A DNA stretch of 64,000 bases from an uncultured Christensenella sp. (GTDB lineage: Bacteria > Bacillota > Clostridia > Christensenellales > UBA1242): NCBI GenBank assembly GCA_949300385.1, contig CASGDZ010000002.1, forward strand, positions 111,758-175,757, given 5' to 3'. Positions 1 to 15,000 of this stretch are shown here, piece after piece. Below the pieces are notes generated by a model. That model was not told the origin of the DNA. It made no database searches and saw only the letters and a list, made by a program, of their open reading frames with translations. The first letter of the stretch is position 1. Every line of letters starts with the position of its first letter. A program made the position numbers and the translations under genes.

Positions 1-3000
1 AGTGAAATATTTGTTAAAGTAGCCTTTACAGGAACTGCACTCGATGCCAGCACAATATCATTAAATCTGCCTGATTCAAGCCCTATAAAATTTGGCAATG
101 GGTTATCTAGCATAAATTTATCAGACACAGCAAATGTTAGGTTAATACAGACTTCGTCAAAGTATAATGTTTATGCAGTCAAATTTGCTAGTTGTAATCA
201 ACAACTTAATTCTGTTCGACTAGACATTTTGGCCGGTGAAGGCGCGGTAGGCGTAAGCACTTATGTTTATGTCAACAGTGTATTTTTAGCAGACGAAAAT
301 AGCATTGAAATATATACTGATGACGAAAATGCTAATGATTTCTCACAAAATGGCGAGTTGATGTTCGCGATAATTAGAGGTACAAGCAATAGCTTCCGCG
401 TTTTTGCAGATGTAAAAAATAACTACATTGGCGACGTTAATCCAATTCAAACGATTGAAAGAGTAGACAACAATAATACAAATAAAATTCAATTTACTCG
501 TATGTCAAATAGTGAATTTATTATTACGGGAATTTCTAACACTAACTATGCAGTTGAACTCACTTTAAAGATACATTATTTTACTAACGACAATGTAAAA
601 GTCGAATTAAAAAGCACAGAAAAGTCAATTTTGTTTGCAGTTTATGACACAATCGATAGCATATCCGCTACAAAAGAGAATAAGGATATTACATATATAA
701 ATTCAAAATATGAAGAAGCCTCTCAAATTGAAATCAATTTTAACGCTTTAACAAGCAATTCTAGCATAGTATCTGATAGTGTAATATTTACTGATGATAT
801 TAAATACGATAACGCAAATCAGATAAAAATTAGTTTATCAGACCCTAGTTTAAGAGAATTTGTTCAATTGTCCATTAAAACGACCGAAAGTGAGCAAATT
901 ATTCAATCAGGAGAAGTGCTTTCGCTTAATTCTGAAAACATCTTCCGTGGTACAATAATCGTTAGATTAACTCAGAATATAGCGATTGATTCTGTTTCTG
1001 TTGTATTCAGCGCTTTGCGATTTGGCGTTGAGTCCGGTATTAATAGATATGTAACTATTAATATAGCGGACTATGAATATGCTGATAACATAGTAGTTTC
1101 AGGTAATGAAATAGTCGAAGAAGGCTTGAACAACTATTGGATATATATGTCTTTCTTGTCAGTGGAAGACGGTGGACAGGATATTGCGAAATTTAATGCG
1201 CGTGCAGAATATGCAAATAATATTTCAAGTAGTTTAAGATTTGATGATTTGACATATAGACTATATCGTGTAAGCACTAGTTTGACAGGTGAAAAAACAG
1301 AAGAATTAGTTGTTGGCGGTGGTGTTAGCGTAACTATTGTTGATGGTGTTGTCACTATTACAGCAGAAAAATATTATGGTGGCGGAATATATCGTTTAGA
1401 ATTGGCAACCTTAGACTCGTACGACGATATTTTGGGCGATTATAAAACTACATTTAGCCTAAATCTTCGCATAAGTGATGGTGATATATATGCGTATACT
1501 ATATCTAATGCGGAAGATTTGAAAAATATTGCGAACGATATGGGCGCAAACTATGAATTAATACAAAGTTTTAGTATATCAGATTTTACACCAATAGGTG
1601 GAACGGACGGCTCAAATGTAGTCAATGCGTTTACAGGTAGTCTAAAAGGTGTAAATTCAAGCGTATCAACCGCAAAAAATTCAATAACTGTGGAAATTTC
1701 AAAAACGATTGAAGACGATACAAATACATATGCGGGCTTGTTTGCAATTCTAGGCAATGGTGCAGTAATTTCTGATTTAGATATTTATGTAAAATTTAAT
1801 ACATCAAGCTTGACCGCTAATAGCACTTTAAATATAGGTGCGGTTGCGGGGTTAAATAATGGCGCGACTATTACAAATGTCAATGTTAGTTATTTGCATG
1901 ACTATAGCGGAATCGATTTAACTAAGGTTTCATCAAGCATTAATTTTGGTTTAGTTGTAGGAACTAATAATGCAATAATAGATTTAAATGGTTGTAGCGT
2001 AATATTTGATGCAACGATATTAACAAAATCAAATACAAATATAGGTGCTATTGCGGGCATTAACACAGGTTCAATAGGTGGTACAAGTGGAGATGTCGAT
2101 TTAACAAGTGTAAGTTATTCTATTGAAGTTAATTTAGTTGTAAAGAATAGCGCACAAAATTCTCAGATTAATCTTGGCGGTGTAGTTGGTTATGCTTATG
2201 GCGGAAATGTAAGTACAATATCTAATATAGTTGTAGGTGGTATAATCAAACTTGTAAATGACGGCACAAATGTTAATGCAAACGGTAATGTCGGCGGTTT
2301 TGTAGGACGAGTTGGAGACGGAACAAGCAATAATGGCGCTAAGATTAGTTCATGTTATGCGCTCGGTCTTGATGTTATTAATGGTGCGAGTGGTAATGTT
2401 GCAGGTATTGTAGCAAATGCAAATGGCGTCGAAGTCACAAATACAAAATTCATGTCAGCGAATGTGGAATTTAATGCTATTACTAATTCTAATGGAAATA
2501 CTATAACGGATGGATTTGAATCAAAAGGTCAAATTACGGGGCAAAATAATGTCGCAGGTATTATAGCAACTTCTACAGAAAGCAATATTACAAATTCAAG
2601 TGTAGAGAATTTTATTACAGGAGACTTTTATACAATTGATAATACAGGCGTTTTAAATAATAATACAGGTGCGATTATAGCGGAAGGAAACGCTATCATA
2701 AATAAAAGTTTTGTAAACGCTAATATTAAATCTAGCGGTGAAATACTTTTAGTAACAACAGGTGCAAAGAATTCGTATTTTGTTGGAAAAGTTGATAACT
2801 TAGATACAACAAAATTAATATCAGTACAAGATGATACTTGCTATGCAGTAGTTTATACTGATGATTTAATATATTATTATAATTATGAAGGCAGTTGGAC
2901 AGAGATCGCAGACTATGATAATTGGTCTAGTTCGACACTTTTAAATATCGAATATACTTCAAGTTCTGATTGGAAGATAAATAATGAATACAATTTAATA

Positions 3001-6000
3001 AAAATAAATGTGCTAGAAGGTGAAATTACTAACACATATACTTATTATTTACCTTATTTGGTTCAAGATGGCGAACCTATTATGGTTATTGCACCTACAA
3101 GTATAAGCGCTGAGATAGATAGTGATTACATAATATCTATTGACTCAATCTATGAAGATAATTATACATTTAGCGAAAATGAGATCACATCAGTCGCAAT
3201 AATTAACTATCATAATGATATAAATAATCAATCAAATAACATTGAATATAATACATATGACATTAAAGATTTGATTAATTTAGCAATAGTTCCAGAAGAC
3301 GCTTTAGGTGGGGTTAGATATTCTATAATATCAGGCTCGTCTTACGCTTATATCAATTCTAATGATCAGATTGTGTTTACAGGTGTAAGCGGAACAAATA
3401 GAATAATAGTTCGTTGCTACTCTGTATTTAATAGCGAGATAGAAGAATATGTTGTATTCTATACGCAAATAGGACTTAGCAATTTGATAATAGATTCAAG
3501 TGAAATCTATTTAGAGAGCGAAGATACATATAGTATCACAACATATACGGGTGCTAATGATAAACAAATAACAATTGATGCTGAAAATATATTTGGTGGG
3601 CAACTTGGTCTTACTGATAGAATGTTTGAAAATATATTTGACACTAATTTATCAGAATATTTAAAAATAGAGACTAGCCCAAAAGATTCAAAAATAAAAA
3701 TTGTTGCAACAGGCAATGCGATAGGCGAATATTTAATTAATGTTAAAGATTTAACTTTTGATGGCGACACTTATAGCGAAACAATTACATTTACATTATA
3801 TTTCAATGCTAAGAGTTATTATGGCGATAGTTTCTTAAATGAAAGAATAGAATTAGCAACAGTAAATTTAATTGTAAATGTTAAAAAATCTGCTGACTAT
3901 ATAGTTATGAATAATGGTCAGCAAGTGATATCTACATCATCAACTGCAAACTTTAGTGCAGATTTGTATACAGGTTATACTTCTTCTAGTACAGAATCAA
4001 ATTATGTAAGTTTCAATAAAAATTACAACCTAAATAGGATTGAATTAAATGAATCAGATAAGGATAGTATAAACTTATCCGTATCATACAATAGCGAAGA
4101 TGAAAATAAAGTTATAACACTTTTAAATCAGGCTAATGTAGATAGTATATTAGATTTGTTTAACTATAATTTCTCATACACTGCATTGCGTGAACAAAGT
4201 TCTATTATAGGATATAAATATAATATAAATGTTAGTTTAAAAGAAGGATTTAATTATAGGTATATTACTGAACCTATTGAATTTATATTTACTGTAAGTT
4301 CAAAGACGGACGATCAAGTTAGCGGAGTCGCTAATATAACATATGAACCTACTCAAGTTTCAACAATTCGTTTAGAGAACTATTCGGCATCAAATGTAAC
4401 ATCAACAGGTGGTTATACAAATTTAGTTAGTAGCGGTACAACATCTTCATACATAATTACTCCAGGCGGATATGGCGGACTTATGACCATATATTTGGAA
4501 CCAAATTACTCAAATGTTTTATCAGCGACATTGACTAGTGGAACACTTTATGTTCCTAGTTTGAATAAAAATGTATCATTGCGTTTTGAGCAATTGATTT
4601 ACAATGCAAAAGCAAATGTCTATCAATCTATGTATCCAGCAAATAGTTCGACAACGGGTGCTTTAGATTTACGGTTAGCGTCAATCTATGACGGAGAAGA
4701 ATATGAATATACAGGAATAATTTATGTACGAGTTTTCCTTGAACATTTTTCTGGTACAGAAGGTAGCATAAGCGTAAACTTAGATGTTAGAACAAGTGGA
4801 AATGTGGAAAAGTCAATTTCAAAAACTTTCTTAACACAATATCTTCCAGGCGCAAGTCTAAGTTTTAACGGAATATCAGTTGGTAATAATGAATACTTAA
4901 TACAAGAAAATTCGTATGACAATGTAGTTGAATTAAATATTTATGGATATCAATTTAATTCACAACCATCTATCGGACTTGAATGGGTATTGCCTAATAG
5001 CGAAAGAGGTTTGGGTACTAGTTTGACTATTGATAATAAAAAATATAACATTTATGATTATGTAAATTATAGTATAGGTCAAGTAATTTCAAATATTGAT
5101 GGTTCGTATACGATGCGTGTGACTTTGTCTGTACGAGCAAATATTCCTGCTTCATTTAAATTGACGGCAAGGATGACTTTGACTACGGATACTGGCCTTA
5201 TTTCTAGCAGTGAGGAAGCATTAGTCTTCCACCCAACCGACTATATTGTGGATAATACTCAAACTACATTAGAGCGTATTAACAACGGCATAATGCAGAT
5301 GACAATTAATCAAAATCGTACATTAGAATTCGTATTTGAAACCGAATCAACTAATTATGATTATAGTGAAAATATTTATGATGTATTAGTTACAGATATA
5401 GGTGTTGAAAATCTAGCAAGTTTATTCAGTTATCAATTAAATGGCAATACATATAAACTTTCAGATGAAAATAGTGCATTCACAATCTCATATGTTGAAG
5501 TCAATGGCTCTGAGTTTAAGCGAATTGCAATAAATGGTCTTGCTACATTAGATGTAAATGTTAATTTCTCAATTAATTATGAATTTAATATAGATGAAAA
5601 TAGCGGTAGATATAAATTGCATTTCACAACGGGTGCAGGTGCGTATAGAATGTCGTTTACATTTAGATTGCAAATCTTGCCAGGTACAACCACAGAACAT
5701 GCTACTCCTATCTATTCAGCAGACGATATTTTCGATCCAAATGCAAACGAATGTTTGTTAAACGAAGGCGAAGATTATATCTTAATGAATGATATAACGC
5801 TAGAAAATCTAGTACCTATTGAAGTAAATATTGGTAGTCTTGATGGTAATAATAAGATAATCACAATTGCTTCGTTTGCTTCTGCGCTCGAAAGTGAAGA
5901 GGCGGTTGAGTATGGCTTATTTGCAAATATCGGCACATACACTCTTGCAGGAGAAGAATATCAAACAATACTAAAAAATGTTGTAGTAGATTATGGCTCA

Positions 6001-9000
6001 CTAAACTCTGATATCTCGTTTGTAAATAGCAATGCTACAGAGATATATTTTGGTGGACTTGTTGGAAGAAACAACGGCGGAATAATATACAACTGCGATG
6101 TTATGAACTTTAGCGCTAACAGTAAAGATGTCACATTGTTAATAAACAATTCGAGCGATGTAGATGTATACTTTGGTGGACTTGTAGGCGAGAACAGCGG
6201 AGTTATCACTAATTCACGCGTTGGGCGTTCTACATTTACACGAGTATATGTATCTTCTAGTGGTAATGAGAGCGTAAATTATAATTATGGACCGATTAGG
6301 CCGATTAATTTCTACATAGGAGATCCAAGTGTTAATGGACAAGGGTTTGTAGCGGTTGTCGGCGGATTTGTTGGCTCAAATAATGGAAAGATATCAAGTT
6401 CATATGTTGCAAATACAAGTATTATAAGTAGTTCGACAGCGCCAAATGAAAGTATGACGGCAGGTTTTGTTGGTGAAAATAATTCGGGCGCTAGCATAAT
6501 GTATTCGTATGTTAAGGCATTAGAGAGCACTGTTACATCAACAAATCCATATTCTACTGGCACGTATATAGAGAATTTAACTAATGGTACTGTAGCAGGT
6601 TTTGTAAACTACAATGCTGGTACGATTTCAAATTCGTACGCAAACACTGAATTAAGGTCTAAATCAAATGTGTTGTCAGGATTTGTGTATAATAATGCAT
6701 CTAGCGGTATTATAACTGAATCATATTCAGCATGTACTTATAATGGCAAACTTATTGGCGCAAATACAACAGCAGAACAACCATTTGTCGGCCGAAGCAA
6801 TGCGGAATTATTATCATATGGTATTATTGAAAATTGCTACTACATAATATCGGACGGAACAGTTATTGATACAAGCAAAATACCTAGTCCAGAAGATAAA
6901 GATCAAGCAGTTGCTATTAGTGAAACAAACTTTCAGGATCCTAATTTCTTAAATAACTTTGTATTTGTATTATCCAATTCTTTAACTAGTAGAAATTTAG
7001 GTGTTTGGTCGTACTATACAACAAATTCTAGTTATAGAATTTTACCAGAATTAATGACAGCGAATACGATTGCTACATCGTATAGGTATTTAGTTGGCGT
7101 AGGTGAAGAAGGTAACAATTATGATTATGCATATTCATTCTATTTAGGAAGCGCGAACAATCCATATACAATACAAGATGTACAAGAGTTCAATAGCATA
7201 ATGACAGGGGAAGGTTCAACTTCTATTTATGGATATTTTAGACTTATAAATGACTTATACTTCGATACAACAGCAGTAAGTACTCGTTTGAATTTTACAT
7301 TAGGTGATAGTTCAAATAAATATATCACTAGTTTCGAAGGGAACGGCATGACGATTAGCGGAATATACCTTGACGCTGAAGAGAATGTCGGCTCATCTAT
7401 TGGACTATTTGCGAATATCGAAAACGCTTATGTTAAAAATGTAAATCTAGAGTTTGCGAGCGAATTTAGTTCAGCAAATATCACATATGCGGGCGGATTG
7501 TCTGGAAAGATTAATAATAGTGTTATCATAAATATCAATTTGTCTGGCAATGCAACAACCATTAATGGTACAAGTTTTGCAGGTGGACTTGCCGGAATAA
7601 TTACTGGCAATAGTTTAATCTATGGCATTAATTCAAATTTGAATGCGGTTGCAAACAATGAGACAGGCGATTTCTATACAGGCACAGCATACTCTAATAT
7701 GTCATTTGCTGGTGGAATAGCAGGTCTTATTGACATCACTCCACGCGAGAATGAAGAATATAATCTTTCATACATTGAAATAAATGGTAGAGAGATGAGC
7801 ATTGGTGCAAATTATAATGCAAACATTCAAGCATATTATGCGGGTGGTGTTGCAGGTTATGCAGGAAGTGGAGTCAATGCGTTCAAAATAAAATTCACAA
7901 CTGGGAATTCAAATCGCATACGCGGTCAAGAGGCAGTTGGTGGATTATTTGGTGCTTTCTTAGGTAATTTAACCGCTTCTCAGGTGACTGCCGAAGAAGA
8001 TGAACAATATAATTACGACACAACGCTTGGACAATATGTCATGTCTATCGGATCAGAATCAAGCGATTTGGATACAACTCAGGCAGGAAATCTCAACCTA
8101 TTAGAAGGATATAATTATGCTGGAGGTTTAGTAGGTGTTGGATTAAATTCTTTAATAAGATCAAGTTACGCTAAAGTTGGGGTATATTCAGGTAGAAGCG
8201 TAGGAGGATTAATAGGTTTAGCAATATCTCCTAATATCCAATATTCATATGCTGTTCCTTATATCAATTTGGACAACATTTCATACTTTGAGAATGTTGG
8301 TGGAATGCTCGGGGAAACATATGAAAAAGGATATTATTCAGATAATATTTCTGGTTATGTTGGTGCGTTTAATTCAATAGCAGGTTCAAACGATTATTCG
8401 AAGTTAAGTTTTGCCTTTGCAACCTTGATAGTAGATAACGATAAATTAGTTGAAAATGCTGATAAAATTGTAAGTGATAAATATCTAAAATACTTTGATT
8501 ATATAGCAGGTTATTATGGTCAAGATTTAGGTAATTCTAATGGATATTTACATGGAACGGGTGGCGGAACTCCATTAATTTCTGTCTATGCAGGTAAAAT
8601 AAATTATTCAGAAAAAGCAATTGGCGACAACAATATAAATTTAGTTCAAAATTCTACCGAATCACGCGCAAATAATATAGAATTAAATGCGCTATACAAC
8701 ACAGAGAATGCAAGTAATCAAGCAGAGACTTTCCAACGCGTATTCTCTTCATGGTCTACAGAAGAATATTGGACACTAGATAGTAGTAGATACTTCCCAT
8801 TGTTGCTTAATAGGAACTCAACGGGTTATTACGAAATAAGTAATGATAATTTAGAAGAAGCAATTAATGTAATTATCAATAATCCTGATGGAAATTACAA
8901 GATTGTTGAAGATCTAGACTTTTCAACTATTTCTATTTCAGGCAACTTCATAATAGAGATAGGCGGGGACGGATTTACTGGCGTACTTATAGGTCAAAAA

Positions 9001-12000
9001 GATGATGGCTCAACTCCAACAATTTCTAACTTAACAGTTAACGCAACTAAAGACGGAGATACAGGTTTCTTCAATAGAACTACAGGTGCAAGAATTAGCA
9101 ATATTAATTTTGAATGGTCAAGTATTAACTTAAATGGAAAAACTATTGATTATGTTGGCGGAGTAAGTTGTAAAGATGTTGGATCACAATTTAATGGCTT
9201 AAATGTAAGCATGATAAATAATCCAAATTCAACTTATGCAATGAATATAATTTCGTCAGAAATATCGGCTATCAATCCGCCTAAAATTTCAGGATTTGGC
9301 GGTATAGTTGGATCAGGTACTAATAGCAATATTATATCTTGCTCATTTGTAGGAAACATAAGTGCAAATTTATCTGTAACGGAAAATAATAATGTAATTA
9401 ATGTTGGTGCAATTATCGGTAGAGCGGTCGCAGATAACACTCTTAAAACAGAAACATTAGGCATGATTGTCACTGACTCAAATGTAGGAAAAGATGGTGT
9501 AAATACAACATTTAATTTCTATAACTTAGGGTCATCAAATAGTTCAAATGTAAATATTGGCGGAGCGGTCGGTTATGCTGATAAAGCCGCGATTAGTGGG
9601 GTAAGTGTCGGCAGTTATAGTTATGCCGAAACTCCATATGTGGATATATCATTAGATCTGAACAATAATGACAACATATATTTAGGTGGACTTGTTGGAT
9701 ATAGCAACGAAACCCAAATGACATCGATTAACTCTTTGACGAATATATCTGTGACAGGCGGGGAAACAGCAAGCGGAACGACTACCGCAAGTGTAAATGT
9801 AGGTGGATTTGCTGGATTCATAAGTACAAATTCGACCACATCTGCATTCAGAAATAATGCTACCAAATCTAATATTGTTGTTGGCGAAGAAACTGCAAAT
9901 CATATCACAAATCTAAGATTGTCAACTGGTATTGCTTATGCAAGTTCAACTTCTACAAGCGATAAGATTAAGATAGAGCAATCGCTTTTCACAGGTAAAA
10001 TTGTTGCTACAAATGACTCGTCGATTGATGAAAAGAAAGTAAATGCAACAAATATTTGGGCAGGTGGCGCAGTCGCTTATGTAGACTTAAAGAATAGATA
10101 TACTTTAGTTCTCAGCGAAGTTATGAGCACAACTGACATATTTGTCGGCTCTGATGATGCAGACAATGGTACTAAACAACTATATGTCGGTGGACTTATT
10201 GGCGCAGGCGGATTAAACAATGAAACCCTTTCTGCTCCTATTATTGAATTAATAAATTGTGGTTCGACAGGTAGAATCGTTGCTATAAGTTCAAGTGGAA
10301 GTTCAACGGACAATATTCATATATATGTCGGCGGACTCGTTGCTTTGTCTTCAAATTTGACAATAAATTATTCATATTCAGCAACTTCAATTCTATCAGA
10401 CGGAATAAGCGGAATAAATTATAATCTAGCAAATATTGGTGCTATTGTCGGTGGATTGTTAAAAGATAGTACTATTTCGTCAACTCAAACTTACTATTCT
10501 AGTGATATAGCACTTGCTAGCGAAGATTATGATGGCGAAAGTGACGGATTATACAATTTATCTGCTTACAGATTTATCCTTACTAACGAATGGCATACTG
10601 CGTTTGCTAATGGAAATGTAGGCGTTTGGTATACAAATAGCACTTACATGCCATATCTCACATCACTTTATACTACGCTACAAAATTATGGCATTATGAA
10701 ATCTTCTCAAACTAATCCATATGGTGAGAATGGGACTAATATATTAAATCCTAAAATAATTAATACAAATACTATTACATTAGAAGAAGATTATACATTC
10801 TATTTGTTATCAACTAATATGAATAATAATTTAAAACTAAATACAAATTCAAATTCTACTTTGAATGGAATAATGATAGCGAACGAAACTAACTATATGG
10901 TAGACTTGTTATCAAGCACAGATGTTGGATCGTATAGTTCATTCATTCCTACTATTGCTAATCATTCTGCAATATCAAATTTACATGTTTTATTCACAGC
11001 AAATTCTACGCTAGCATTAACAGGAAGTTCTGAAATACTCGTAGCATCAATGATTGCGGGCAACAATAATGGAATTATATTTAATTCTTCTGTAATTGGA
11101 ACGGGAATTGAATTGAATAGCAATAGTAGTCAAACATATTTTGGCGCAATTGCGGGCGAAAACAATGGCTTAATTTCTCATTCATATTCTACAATAGAAA
11201 TTATTAATACCAATATTACAAATGGTGCAATTTCTGGTATAGTTGTAAATAACTATGGCGCGATGGATTCATGCTATTTTACAGGATATATTAATAATTC
11301 AAATAGCAGTACAAGCAGTACAACTTTAGCGTCAGGATTGATATATTCGGCTCAAGAGAGTGAAACAACTAATGGTTATATCCATAACTCATACATGGGT
11401 GGCGTTATTGAAAGCGTATCTCCAAATGGAAATAGTTTTATTGCGTATTTTGATAATACAAAGAATTATGGCACTAATAACTTTATAGACAATTTATCTA
11501 ATTTTGACAGCAATTATAGTAATAGCATAAAGGGTGTATCGACATTTAATATTATGCGCGCAAAAGATTTGTCTGGTAAATGGGCAAGTGTTATAAATAC
11601 TAAGGAATATAATGATAAACCAACTTATTATATAGATATGACAAGCAAGACATTCGGTTATAATTATGGTTATCCTATCTATGACTTTAATAAAGTTGGT
11701 ACAAGTCAAAATCTTTTAACTTACTATCAACTATATACAGGTAATGGTACAACTAGCGATAATATAGATGAAAGTGCTATATTAAATAATTATGTAAATG
11801 ATGCTGTTAATAGTACAACAGCTAATAACTATTATAGAATACCGCATCTTGGAGTTTTACATTCAATTCAAGGTTTAGCAAACATAATTGATAGTAATAA
11901 TAGTAATGTTACTTATACTAAACTAAATTATGTTTTAATCTATGATATTGACGCTTCAAACTATTCCACATCTAATGTTGCTGTTGGAAGTTATGATAGT

Positions 12001-15000
12001 AATTCAACTTCCAGTTCAGATGATGAAGGCTTTTATGATGGAGCAAATGCACAATTTAACGGAAGATTTATCACGAACAAATATTATGAATTTAATGAGT
12101 ACGAAATTAATTATAATGGCTGTGAACAAGTTTGTACAATAAGCGGATTGACAGGCTCAGGCTTGTTTGACAATATAATATATGCTAAGTTTGAATACAT
12201 AAAATTTGGCAACATGAATTTGACTTCAAGCGGAGCGCTTGGCGTAAATGTTATCAGTAATTCGACGGAAACAAGCGATAGCGAACAAAATAGCGGAATA
12301 TTAGTCGATCATATATGGATTGGAGATAGTGAAAACACAGCGGAATTTACAGGAGAAAATGTCGGCGGATTATTTGGAACAATCAGCGGAAATACAATCG
12401 AAATCAAGAATTTAATTACATATTCTGAATTAGGTTATCAAATAACGATAAAAGCAAATGGCAACAATGGACTTATTGCTAGCACAATGAAAGGCGGGTT
12501 AATAAGTTTAGATGATTGTGAATTAGGTGTAAACTTTGCTGGTGTGACAGTCGATGGTAGCAGTACTAACGGCGGATTAATCGGTCAAATGACCAATGGA
12601 ACTATTAATGGCGAATCAAATGAAATTAGAGTTGCTAACGCCGATTCAGGTGCTCCAAGCGATGTATTAGGCGGAATAGTAGGTAACATAACTTCTGGAG
12701 AAACTAACAAGATTTCAATTTCTAATATAAATGTCTCATTTATAACTGGAAATAATGGTATAAATGCCGTTGCTTTAGGCGGATTTGTTGGTACTATGAC
12801 AAGCGGAACAGCAACTATATCATCATGTAAATTTATTGCTAATAGTGATATTTCGGCAAATTTAATTGATCAAGCGAGATTTGGGATAATCGCTGCTCAA
12901 ATTCAAGGCGGAACATTGTCTCTATCAGGCATTGAAGCAAATGAAGATTTTCAAATTAATATTAACTATAATACTGGCGACAACCAAATGATAAATTATA
13001 GTCAAGCATATGGTATTCTCTTCGGCGAAGTTCAAGGCGGAATTATAAAACCAACTACAGACACAACAGATAATTTATCATTTAATAAGATAACACTTTA
13101 CACTGTAGGTGGCTCAAGTGCTTCTAAAAATGTAGGATCAGTAATAGGCTGGTATACAGGCGGACAGGTTGATATTGTATTTGACGGAACTACGAACTTT
13201 ACAATTTATGGCCATGAAAATGTAGGTGGAGTGATCGGTAATTATACTTATTCTGATTCGGGGTATATAAATGTTGCACAGATCACAACTATTGTTCATG
13301 GAGATTATAATGTAGGCGGATATATTGGAAGTGCTGTAATAAATACAAGTGATACAGGTGAGAATAGTTCAACTAATTTGACTTCACTCGTAGGTAGCGG
13401 TTATAATTATTTACAAAGCAATACTTCATATTCCACAATATATACACTAGGTAGCAATAATTCTACAAATAAGGGCAACATTGGTGGCATATTTGGATAT
13501 TTAAAAGGTGACTTAACACTTAAATCAGAAGATGAAGATAATGTAGAAAGTACAGCAAATAATAATTCGAATGGCACAACAATTAAGAATTTAAATACTA
13601 TTTATATAGCGAATAATAATGTCAAGATCAATGGATTTGATACATATACAAATATAGGTGGAGTTGTAGGTCGACTTGAAGGTAATATAGACGATGCATT
13701 AAATAAAGGCACGATAGCGTATTCAATTTCAAATATAGAAGGATACAAGTCAGGATCAGACTCATTTATAATAGAAGATACATCATTAGGAACAAATGCA
13801 AATAGCGCTACTTATGCGGTGAATGTCGGCGGTATAGTTGGTAAGATCACTAAAACTGGTGATAGTCAAATGACTTTAACTGTGAAAAACATTCAAAATA
13901 TGGCAGATATTGAAGGCTATCAAAATGTCGGCGGACTCATTGGATATGTGAGCGGTATTACTATAACTAATGAGATTGAAGAGAACGAAGATGGTGAAGA
14001 GAGCGGAGATGATACTCAAACACTCGCTACTACAGAAACATCAAGTAGTGGTACTATTTCTGGAGTATTGAATGTTGGTGGCGCGTTTGGTTATGTTGAT
14101 AACGGAGCATCAACAACACAAATTACAGGCATAGCACTCAACGAAGTACATGTCAATGGTAACTCAAATGTCGGCGGATTAATAGGAATGTACAAGGGCG
14201 GATATGTAGGCGAATCTTCCGTCGATAATGTCGAAGTAAAAGGTATTTATTATACGCTCATTAAATCAAATCAAACTGGTTCTGATATATCAACATATTA
14301 TTATAATTACATTCCAACCAGCGTAGGTGGATTTATTGGAACGGCACATAAACTAAATACTGATGTTTCAGGTGCAATATATTCCAACACTTTAACGAGC
14401 GTGACGGTTACAAGCGAAAGCGAAGGAACTTCATATAACACGCAGGCTGATGAAGAAACTTCAAAAGTTATATCAACTGTTCAAAACTATATGCATTCGC
14501 ATTATTTAGTAGCAGACAGTGAAAAGGATGATTATTCCAACATTCTTGAATATAATGAAGAGACAGCAATTGCGGTATTTGACGATATGACTACGGGTTT
14601 TGGCGGATTTATTGGTTCAGCCAACATGGCGGCAACAAGTGGAACTTATCAAGATATCACTTCAACAGGAGTTACAGAGGAAAAAGACATTTCATCAAAT
14701 ACAATTAATAGTATTACTATTAATCCAAGTTTGGGCGTAAATGTAGGTACATACTACGGATACTATTATGACTCGGATACGACAGGAAGCAAAGATGTAG
14801 GACTTCCAACTTTAACATCAGGCGAGACTAGCGTCAATGGCGAGACTAGCGTCAATGGCGAGACCAGTGTCAATGGTGCATATAATATCGGCGGTATTAT
14901 CGGTTGCTATCATTCGACTTCAAATACAGCAAAAAGTTTTGAAGACCTTAGTACTGCAATAAATTCTTTTGAAGGCAAAATATCAGTGCAAAAACAAGGG

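Noticed and set aside
229..231. TTG at 229 as the start of the giant protein
   Set aside because: No RBS or signal peptide, and the frame is open and protein-like back to base 1.
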